A stretch of 64,000 nt of DNA. Origin: the human T2T-CHM13v2.0 reference genome, Homo sapiens. A model generated the notes under the pieces. It worked only from the letters and a program-made list of their open reading frames with translations, was not told where the DNA came from and did not search any database. Position 1 is the stretch's first letter. Each line of letters begins with the position of its first letter. A program made the translations under genes and the position numbers. Of this stretch, positions 48,321 through 64,000 are shown one piece after another. Location of the stretch: NCBI RefSeq assembly GCF_009914755.1, contig NC_060934.1. One strand, given 5' to 3'.

Positions 48321-49129
48321 GAAAACATATTCTAAAGGTAAGATTGTGACATGACTGTTGTGCTATAGAGAAAAATATTCAAATTGGTTGCCATGATCCC
48401 TTAGAAATTAAAAGACTCCAACATTCTTTTATGTTGAGAGAAATCCCCCAGTATTCTGGAAGTAGTGGGGAGGATGGAGAAATTTTCCTTTATGGGAAAC
48501 TTAGAAAAAAAAAAGTTGAAATCAATGAAAGCTGACCACCTACCATGAAACTAAGATCAAAGCTGTTCTCTTTCAAATGCAAGAGGAGAAGTTAGCTGGT
48601 TGTGTTTGTCTTTCTTCATGTGGGGTGTCTTCTCAGGGCTTGCCACTTGCGGAGTGTGAGCCTAGACAGTGGTCAAGGCAAACCCATATCCTCCCTTGTA
48701 AAATGGGAAGGACAATTGCAGGGTCCATCTCAAATTTTATTTGTTAGTTGATAGACACCCATTGTCAGGAAGAAAACTGCTCTCGAAGAGCTGGAGGCCT
48801 TCACACCTGCCAGCTGAAGCGTTTGAGGCTGTACCGGCTGCTTCTGAGAAGGCCCTAGTTGTCACACTTGAGCAACTGAGCATCTGGGTGGCTGGAAACC
48901 CAAGAACGGTGCCTAGCTCGGCTCTGTCCGGCCTCGAGTCCCCTCATCCCAGACTGAACTGCTGGGGGTGCCCTCTGGAGGTTTATTCGTTTTGGTCTCC
49001 TGGTGTTGAAGAATCTGGCTCCTTTTCTTCTTCTTCTTTTTGTTTTTTTAAAATTATTTTTATTTCTTATTGATTAAGGCCTCCAGCTTTGCAAAAGAAT
49101 CTGGCCCCTGCTTTAAAAAACAAAAAAAT

Positions 49130-49435
49130 ATTTTTTCTTTTTCTTTTTTTTTTGAGGCAGGGTCTCACTCTGGTTACCCAGGCCGGAGTGCAGTGGCCCG
49201 ATCTTGGCTTACTGCAGCCTTGACTTCCTGGGCTCAAGTGATCCTCCCACCTCAGCCTCTTGAGTAGCTGAGACTACAGTTGTGTGCCACCATGCCCGGC
49301 TAATTTTTGCATTTTTGTAGAGACAGGGTTTCACCGTGTTGGCCAGGCTGGTCTTGAACTCCTAACCTCAAGCCATCTGCCCACCCCGGCCTCCCAAAGT
49401 GCTGGGATTACAGGCATGAACCACCATGCCCAGCC
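49130..49435 (-). mobile_element. Alu (Jb-like)
   Basis: TSD TGGCCCCTGCTTT. Confidence 0.93.
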
Positions 49436-50580
49436 TGGCCCCTGCTTTTAACAGGATCACTAGCTATGCTCAGCTGGAGTCTACCGCATGCAGTAGGTGC
49501 AAACCTGAGCCTATAATTCTGTGCTTTAATTGTGCAACAGGACTTTGAAGCAGGCCTTTCCCAAACTGATGGTGTGCAGGGGAAATGCCTTGTAGATATT
49601 GCTCACAATAGGGAAATCCTCTCCAGTATACTCTGACTGGGGCAGAAATCCTCAGTAAAGGGTTGGGCTTTGAGAGGTATTTCAAAAGAGAGATTAACAC
49701 TTGTTGTAGAAGTGCTAATCACTGATTGAATTAATCAAGGGCCAAACTACAAGGTGTTCACAAGAAAGATTAGTGACTTCGGGTGTGAATATTCGAAACC
49801 AGTATTGGGAAGCCCGGGCCCTGAGGTTTTCCTGAGCACACAACAAAAAAAGGACAAATAGAAGACAGGGTAACGAACGCACCTAGCAATTTCTCCCTAG
49901 GCAGGGTTTAGGAATCATTGTTGGAAATATTAACTATCAAGTACATGTACAATGTTTAATTTATAATAAGCACTCACACATGTCAGGTTTTGTTATCCCT
50001 TTTGTCTACTAAGACCCCTTATTAGAAATTTCAACTGAGAACTAGAGCAAAACATTTTTTTTCTTTAGAGAGAGAGAAAAAGACTGGCTCAATTACTTTT
50101 TTAAACATTGAAGAATAGTTTGCCTGCAGGAAAGTTAATAGATCTTAAACAGTGTAAGTTCAACTTCTTTTATAATAAAAGATTGGGAAACAGATTTCAG
50201 TGCTACAACATACGGTAAAATGATTTTGTACTTCCTTTCTAGAAAAGGGGATCTGTAATTAGAGAACCAAATAACCAAGGACGTATAACCTGAAAGTGAA
50301 ATTAGAGCATGTAAGGAAATGGTTGCTTCAAACAAACAGCTATGTCCAAATCACTGAGGCTGTAGGAAATGGTTTTCTAGGAAGTCTGTATTTGCAGGGG
50401 ACACAGTGGGAGGGCAGTGGGGAGGAGGTGGGTACCTGGTGGTGGTTTCTTAGAGAACAAGGAGCTTTGAGAATGAAGTGTTAATTTTATAAGAATATGA
50501 TGAACAAATCCAAAAGAAGGAAACAAAAAAAAGAACAGAAGGAGATAATATATTAAGTGGAGTTAACTTGGAAAAAGTCA

Positions 50581-50916
<336 letters not shown>

Positions 50917-51361
50917 TCCACGTGAAACAATTGATAGGTGAATGAGTGCTTTCTTACAACTGAATAGAGGAAGGAGGAGGACACTTACATTTATTAGGCT
51001 TTTGTAGGGCCATTGAAGGACAAGGAGGGGTAAAACCATAATATACTTTAGGCTTCCAGCCCAAAGAGGACTTCACATTTAGACAATTGTAGACTAAAGA
51101 ACTTGAGTAGATGATCCCTTGTAAACATCACTGTAACATACTACAAGGTGGGTAATATTACAGATGGGAAAACAGAAGCTCAGTTTAAAGTCCTGGAAAT
51201 ATCAGTGTACGTTTTGAATGTAAACCAGCCAAAACGGATCCAAAGTTGTGGAAACATGCATCTAACTTTTCTTAGATGGAAAAATTTGTTTACGATACAA
51301 ATACAGTAATTTATACAATTATTCAGGTAATTAGCAGGTTTAAAATTTTTATCACCTAGAC

Positions 51362-51678
51362 CAGCACTGTCCAATAAATATGTAATGTGTGCCACCTATA
51401 CATATGTAATTTAAACTCTTCCAGCAGCCACATTTTAAAAAGTAAAATAAACAAGTAAAATTAATTTTAATAGTATATTCTATTTAATATGCCATTTCAA
51501 CAAATAATAATATCATGTAATAACATGTGATACAAAATTATTAATGAGATAGTTTACTTTTTTCCATGTTAAATCTTTGATTTATGGCATGTATTTTTAG
51601 ACCTACAGTCTATCTCAATTCAGCCTAGCCACACTTCAAGTGCTCGGTAACCACATGTAGCAATCATACTGGACAACA
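51362..51678. mobile_element. MER33 hAT-Charlie element
   Basis: CAGCACTGTCCAATA...TAGCCACACTTCAAGTGCTC...TGGACAACAG. Confidence 0.85.
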
Positions 51679-52009
51679 GAGACACAGATTATGTAAAGTA
51701 CAAAGGCACTGGTTCTACCCTTGGAGGTTATGACCCCATAAGCCAACAATATGAGAGATCCACCAGAATGTGAGTTAATAAATGGTGAGCGTCTCCCTTT
51801 TTGTTTTCCCAGAGAAAAGGCCATAATTTGAGGGGTTTTTGTTGTTGTTCTCAATACAGACAAAGCAAAAGTAACCTTTTACCCCTTTGCCTCTGGTCCT
51901 AATTCTCTCTCCAGAAGTAGCCACGGTTAGCAGTGTGGTGTTTCTAGATCTATTTTGTATGATTTTACATATATGTAAAGCATATCTTTGATATGTGTGT
52001 TTTATTTCA

Positions 52010-52564
<555 letters not shown>

Positions 52565-52788
52565 TCATGTTGGTAGAAATTTCACCCTCATTCTTTTAAA
52601 CTGTTGCATAGTAGTCTGTAGTTTAACCATTTCCCTGTTGATGGACATGTAAGCTATTTCTAATTTACTGTTGTTATTTTTAGAACAGCAATGGACAAGA
52701 CAGCCTGTTTTTGATGGTGAAAATAGCAACATTGTTAGAGAGGAGAATGGAAAGTCCGTCAGAGACTGATAAATTAAATACGTTGTTC

Positions 52789-53153
<365 letters not shown>

Positions 53154-53839
53154 CTATACCATTTCCCCCTGAGATGCTCAAAATAAGTCTTTGCAAGTGT
53201 TTTTGTTTGTTTGTTTGTTTGTTTTTGTTTTTCCTTTTTTTCTGGTTAGAGGACAGCTTGGCTTTTCAGGGATAAATAGAAAGAATTTTTTTTTTTCAAT
53301 CCCAGGAATGTGAAAGCCTTCAGCAAGAAGAATAATGTGGTCCCAGTTTGGAAAATTACCTGGGACTCTTCATCCCCTCACCCTATCCTTCAGGTTTCTT
53401 CCTGGCTGCTCACTGGTGTCCTGACCCAGTCCTGGCTCCTTGTCTCTTCTCTGCTAGTGCCCTATGCTCCAAAATTCCTCTTTACTTTAATCCTTCCTGG
53501 GAGAAACCAATATGATTAAGTTAGTGACAATGATCAATACTTCTCTAACCATCATAAGGAAGGACTGTACTTTGAACACTGTGTGTTAAATTAATGATTC
53601 TCTATATCCATCTATCCATGCATTCAACAAATATTTAATGACATCTAACATCTCCCCGAGCTAGGCCCTGGGGATGCAAAGAGGCAGGACAGCCCGTGAT
53701 GTTATGAGTGGTATCCTAGAGGGTATTACAAATGGAAATAAAGACATTCAGGTACGTGCTGGGAGTGACAGTCATCTTTGGGGTGGTATGAGAGGAGTAT
53801 ATTGTAAAAAGAAACCATTTCAGGATCTACCCAAAGAAA

Positions 53840-54110
53840 TATTTATTTACTTGAGACAGAGTCTTGCTCTGTTGTCCAGGCTGGAGTACAGTGGCGAGAT
53901 CATGGCTCACTGCAGCCTCAACCTCTGGGCTCAAGCAATCTACTCACTTCAGCCTCCCAAGTAGCTGGTATTACAGGAGCAAGTCACCATGCCCTGCTAA
54001 TTTAAAATTTTTTTGTAGAACCAGGTTCTCCCTACGTTGTCCAGGCTGGTCTTAAACTGCTGGGCTCAAGAGATCCTCCTGACTTGGCCTCCCAAAGCAC
54101 TGAGATTACA
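53840..54110 (-). mobile_element. AluJ whose 5' end is replaced by L1
   Basis: Ends ...GAGATTACAG, then L1 sequence begins. Confidence 0.9.
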
Positions 54111-54111
54111 G

Positions 54112-54524
54112 TGTGTTAAGTGAGTCTCCTGAAGGCAGCAGATAGTTGGTTGGTGAGTTCTTATCCATTCTGCAGTTATGTATCTTTTAAGTGGAGCATT
54201 TAGGCCATTTACATTCAATGATAGTATTGAGATGTGAGGTACCATTCTGTTCATTGTGCTATTTGTTGCTTGTGTACCTTGGTTTTTTTGTTTTTTGTTT
54301 TTGATTTTTAAGTTGTATTTTTCTTTTATAGGTTCTGTGTGATTTATGCTTTAAAGAGGTTATGTTTTGATGTGTTTCCAGAATTTGTTTCAAGATTTAG
54401 AGCTCCTTTTAGCAGTTCTTATAGTGGTGGCTTGATAATAGTGAATTCTCTCAGCATTTGTTTATCTGAAAAAGACTGTTATCTTTCCTTCATATATGAT
54501 GCTTAGTTTCACTGGATACAAAAA
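54112..54524 (-). mobile_element. Inverted 5' segment of an L1PB-type element (ORF1 end, spacer, ORF2 start)
   Basis: ORF 54066-54254(-) MNRMVPHISILSLNVNGLNAPLKR...CCLQETHLT is the ORF2 endonuclease N-terminus. Confidence 0.92.
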
Positions 54525-54547
54525 TAACATGGTCATCCTGTAGGCTA

Positions 54548-58366
<3,819 letters not shown>

Positions 58367-58372
58367 GCCTAT

Positions 58373-58623
58373 AGGATCGCTTGAGGCCAGGAGTTTGAGA
58401 CCAGTCTGGGCAACATAGAGAGACCCTAGTTCTACAAAAAATAACAACAAGAAAAAGTTGGTCAGATGTGGTGGCATGCACCTGTAGTCCCAGCTATTTG
58501 GGAGGCTGAGACAGTAGTATTGGTTGAACCCAGGAGTTTGAGGCTGTAGTGACCTACGATTGTGTCACTGCACTCCAGCCTAAGTGACAGAGCAAGATCC
58601 TATCTGAAAAATTAAATTAAACT
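58373..58623 (+). mobile_element. AluJ, 5'-truncated
   Basis: AGGATCGCTTGAGGCCAGGAG...AGCAAGATCCTATCT. Confidence 0.9.
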
Positions 58624-58624
58624 A

Positions 58625-58926
<302 letters not shown>

Positions 58927-60329
58927 AAATTAAACTAAATTAAAAAGACCACTCTAAGTTAAAACTTAGTGAAAAGGTAAAAGTCCATTTAAAGATATTC
59001 CAAAAATGGAACATACACTCCTCTGCCACACACTCTGCTCCTAAGGTTTTTCCCTCTACCCTGCTCCTTGTTTCTCATGGCCTGTCCTGGCCGTGGATGA
59101 TTCCTTTACCCCTTCTCACCTCACAGTATAGCTTCTTCTCATTTCAGGCAAGGAACAAATGTGGCACATCAGAGGCAGGTGGTCCAGAGCCCATGGTATA
59201 AAACATCATGTAATGAAATCTCAAATGTCAAATCTCATCTGTGAGATAAGTTACCATGCAAAGCAGGATATGAGTACAGAACTGGCACCTTCTTCTCTAC
59301 TGCAGCATTTCATAAAGTCATGTATGGAATATCTTTAATAATAAATTATGCAATGTAGAATTATAGTAACCTAAAATATTTTGAAATCGATTTCTGCTTC
59401 CTTCCCTCTCACATTGACCAGACAAGCCTGGCATCTATCCAAAAAGGATTTTTAATTAGTGAGTCATTAGGCTGTGTAAAAAGAGCTAACCTTGTGTAAA
59501 GGTTCTCCCTTTCACAAAACAAAGAGGCTTCAATGACCAAAACTCATTAAAGTGAAGATTAAACATTTTAACACGAAGAGTGCCCTAATTCAGCAAATTT
59601 TATTTATTTCCAAATGTAGTGCTACCGACAATGAAGGCAATTCGAAAAGTCATAACCCAAGACAATTATTGTGCAGGGCCTTTGGAGTTCCCTGTAAATT
59701 TTCTCCGGTGACCTTAGAGCCCACGCTGGACCACATAGCCAAATATTTGTATTAGGTGTTCCTGTGTTTAGCACACTAATTAAAAAGATGGAATTCTTTG
59801 ATTCTATCTCAAATCATTTTACTTCTAATCTCTTTCTGGAAAAGCCTGCTGAATAAATGGAACTAAGAGTAGGCTTTCTGAAAAGAGCCTTTACTGTGTT
59901 GCAATAAATCCAGGGACTTAGGACATTAATGTACTTGAAGTGCTCTTAATGCGTCAATGGTGCGGAGCATCCTTAGAGTCCTATTTCAGAGACCTTTACC
60001 TTGAAGGTTATAAATTCTTTGAGAAATTACTATAATGGGGACAAGCTTTACCAAAGGAAACATCGAGTTCAAACATAGCTAAATGCACTGGCCAGAAGGG
60101 CAGGGTTAAGGACAGGTGAGGAAGCCACGACACTTTGAGGCATTGACACAAAAAAACTTGTTTGCAGTGAGGTCACATGACTGGCCCTGAAATCTACACC
60201 GAGGAAACCAAAACACCATTTTAAATCTCTCCATTGATCCTAAAATAATATATTTCTCTTCCTTCTTTCTGTTTACAGTTTAGGAGTGGGAGGGGCCTTA
60301 GAGAGCACCTGTCTGAAGGGTAGGCTGAG

Positions 60330-61065
60330 GACCGCTTGCATCATAATCACCTGGAGGAATTATACAAAATGAACATTTCCAGTCCCAAGCCCATTCCTAT
60401 GGAACCAGAATTCTTGGTGCTGGTGGTGGTGGGGGGGTGGCAGTTTAGGGAACTTAGAATCTACATTTTTACAATTTTTAAAATAGTTATTTATTTTTTA
60501 AAAGCAATAATAAAATCATTATGTTAATGCACATTGCGTATCATATGAAAAAAAAATTATATCATCCCAAACAACAAATAATGTAATTTAAGGTCTTCTG
60601 GCAGCCACATTTTAAAAAGTGGATATTATTTTACAATTTGGCTATCATTTTATCATTTCATATAGTGGTATCACTTTACATTTTTGCAAATCTCTTTAAT
60701 ATCTTATAATATTAACATTAACAGAGGACAGCTGGGCTCTTTTCTGCTTCTGCATTGCATCTGTTATGTTGTGTGGTCGAAGTCTGACCTCATATAGATA
60801 TGTAGTTGAAAACAAAAGAGGGGTATTTTAATAGCATTTTCAGATCATTGTGAATTTTTTTCTTTGCAATTTTACCAAAACTATATAAATAGCAATTTCT
60901 TAAAGGATAATTACAATGTGAAATCTGAAATCATATAATTGATTATATCATTGCCTATATCATTATTATATTATTACATTGATATATTATCTACTAGGAA
61001 TCTGAATTTTTGTTAACCAGCTACTTAGTGTGATGCTTATACAGACTATAGTTTGAGAACCATCA
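60330..61065. mobile_element. MER5/Charlie1 hAT DNA-transposon relics
   Basis: GCATCATAATCACCTGGAGG; TTTTTGCAAATCTCTTTAAT...TTTTAATAGCATTTTCAGAT...CAATGTGAAATCTGAAA. Confidence 0.7.
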
Positions 61066-61272
61066 AATCTAATTCAGTCCTTTTGTTACACAGAGATAAA
61101 CTGAGGTCCCATGAATGTATCTTTTCTTCACTTAGTCCAAAGGCCTTTCCTTTTTTGATACTTGTTAGTGAGTAATAAACTGCTAGAAACATAATGGGGA
61201 CCTGTACATTTCTCTAAATTCCTCTGTAAATTCTTTGGGTCCAGTAGGCCTATTCCAAAGAGGAAAATGGGT

Positions 61273-61381
61273 AGAATGGGGGAGAATGGGGAGAAAGGTT
61301 AACCTTTCCCATTTTCCCCATTCTGGATATGTAACCTTTTTCCCCATTGGGTATCTGGATAGGGTAACCTTTCTCCCCATT
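61273..61381. repeat. Inverted plus tandem repeat cluster of unit TAACCTTT(C/T)TCCCCATT
   Basis: Palindrome centre AAAGGTT|AACCTTT at 61300/61301 with further direct copies. Confidence 0.9.
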
Positions 61382-61749
61382 ATTCAGTGGGCAAGATATT
61401 CAGGGAACTCAATAGGAGACAGAAGCCAAACCAGAAAGCAAATGACTTTCTTTATATGAAGAGGCAAACCTGGGTCTTCACAACTTTGTAATTGCTTTAG
61501 TTTTCACAGATTCCTGATACATTAGACCAGAGTGAGATGTTGGTGTCTTTGATCAAATCATGACCCCTCTCAAAATGTGTGCAAACATTCATATTTATGC
61601 CAGTATTTCTTTATGTAGTTTTACTAGAGCTTTCTTTCCTCCCCTAGACCAAGGTGAAAAAGATTTTTAAAGTTGGGTCTCCCCTGAAATAAAGATGCAT
61701 TCCCCAGGAGGGGGAGGGAGAAGAGCGCTCATGTTGCATCCTCCCAAAA

Positions 61750-62222
61750 CAGAGACCAGTAGCTGACACCCAATATCCGTTCTCACTTTCTACCATAACA
61801 GAATTTGCAGCTATGCACATGGCCCCAGAATTAAAACTACATTTCCCAACATCCCTTGCAGCTAAATGTTACTTAGTCTAGCCAAAGGGATGTAAGTTGA
61901 AATGCCAGATGGCATTTCTGGAAATCTTTCTTAAGAGGTAACTGGTGTTTGCTCCTCACAGTTTCTTATTTCCTTGCTCCTGGAGAGAGCTGACGGGCGC
62001 TTCATCATGGGCCATGAGAACAAGGCCTAACTAAGTGTAGGGTCCTTGGAATGGTGAGCAGAAAGTTGGAAGGAGCCCGGGACCCTGAGGACTTTATAGA
62101 GTAGGACTAGCATCTCAGTCTGGGCTTACTTTTTTGATTGTTACATGAGAAATAAACATCATTCTAGCTTGTTTGAGCCGCTGTTATTCTGGGTCTCTAT
62201 TACTTGCAGCTAGCTCTAACCT
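61750..62222 (+). mobile_element. MLT1I/J-like LTR
   Basis: ACTACATTTCCCAACATCCCTTGCAGCTA...AATAAACATC...TTACTTGCAGC. Confidence 0.75.
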
Positions 62223-62909
62223 CACGGACACCTCCTTTTGTATGGGAGAAAAGGATGACTAGTTGTAGAATCCTCATAGGCTGCCAGTTGTCCTATGACA
62301 TCACCACCTATAAGAGCTCTGCAGTGTGCAGCAACAATGAAACAGTGGTGCGTGCCTAGGGAGTCTCTGGGGAGCGTGGCATCTCCCAGCTGCCCATGGA
62401 ACAGGTGGGCTTGCTTGGCATCCTGGGCATGCATGGTGTTTCCAACTAGATGGAGGACAGGAACCTCACTCTGCTTGATTCCTTGGCTCTGCCCTCCCCT
62501 AGGTGACCTGGGTGGGTGTAGCTTCATTGAACCTGGAGGATCACATTAGGAATGGACAGTACCTGTCAATTTGTCTCTGTAGATAGGTGTTTAATTGTAC
62601 TAGAGATTCATTTTTAACACTTTAGCTTTAACATGTTTATATTTGTGTGTTATAGTGCACTTTATAATCGATTTGTATTTCTCTTAATGTTTCACTAATT
62701 TTTACCTGTTTTAGCTTTGATATAATTTTATTCTTTTACATCTGAGTTTTTGGTTTTTAATCTGGTTTATTCTTAGCTATTTTAATTTATTTGCACTGTT
62801 ATTATTTTCCACTTTTATCTTATTATTTTATTGTTTCATGTTTCATTCCTTTAATCTTTTGATTAGATTTTTTAAAATCTACTTCTACTTTCTTTTTACT
62901 TATCTTTTT

Positions 62910-63435
<526 letters not shown>

Positions 63436-63546
63436 AGTATCTTTTTATTTATCTTAATGTTACTAACATTTTCTTGGCATCCAGTTTTAAAAATTTTATT
63501 GTTACTTTAGCTTGTGATCTTTTGATTCTTGTGGTTTTAGTTCAAT

Positions 63547-63848
63547 CTTTTTTTTTTTTTATTTTTTTTGAGACAGAGTCTCACTCTGTCACCCAGGCTG
63601 GAGTGCAGTGGTGTGATCTCGGCTCAGTGAAACTTCCGCCTCCTGGGTTCAAGTGATTCTCCTGCCTCAGCCTACCGAGTAGCTGGGATTACGAGCACCT
63701 GCCACCACGCCCAGCTAATTTTTGTATTTTTAGTAGAGACAGGGCTTCACCATGTTGGTCAGGCTGGTCTCGAACTCCTTACCTTGTGATCTACCCACCT
63801 CATCCTCCCAAAGTGCTGGGATTACAGGCATGAGCCACTGGGGCCAGC
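63547..63848 (-). mobile_element. AluSc/Sg-type
   Basis: ACCTTGTGATC, the 2-nt deletion diagnostic. Confidence 0.92.
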
Positions 63849-63879
63849 CTCAATATTTTTTTCTTCAAAGTTTTTTCTT

Positions 63880-64000
63880 GGCTGGTTGTGGTGACTCATG
63901 CCTGTAATCCCAGCACTTTGGGGGCAAGGCAGGAAGATTGGTTGAGCCCAGGAGTTCGAGACCAGCCCGGGCAACATAGCAAGACCCTGTCTCTAAAAAA
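63880..64000 (+). mobile_element. FLAM/AluJ left arm (runs off the window)
   Basis: GGCTGGTTGTGGTGACTCATGCCTGTAATCCC...CCCTGTCTCTAAAAAA. Confidence 0.88.

Noticed and set aside
61273-61381. CRISPR-like repeat-spacer array
   Set aside because: Only three degenerate units, shared spacer sequence, eukaryotic context and no cas genes.

Overview
Primate (human-like) genomic DNA that looks intronic or intergenic. It holds about 55 Alu copies or fragments (FAM, FLAM, FRAM, AluJ, AluS, one AluY), plus old L1M, L2 and MIR relics. It also has several MaLR, ERVL and ERV1 solo LTRs, hAT DNA-transposon relics, and a ~4.25 kb L1PB-type element with a 5' inversion. I recognise no intact protein-coding gene, RNA gene, CpG island or CRISPR array, and I cannot name the locus. 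Most ORF-track entries are Alu or L1 translations or chance ORFs. The most interesting signal is a series of exon-like + strand segments in unique DNA at ~32.5-41.6 kb. They have AG/GT boundaries, their codon phases chain together, and they carry only isolated stops or frameshifts. They may be the remnant of an unprocessed (unitary) pseudogene or a spliced lncRNA, but this is inference. Repeat subfamilies were called by eye from remembered consensus sequences, and most repeat boundaries are approximate (about +/-20 bp, more for L2/L1M).
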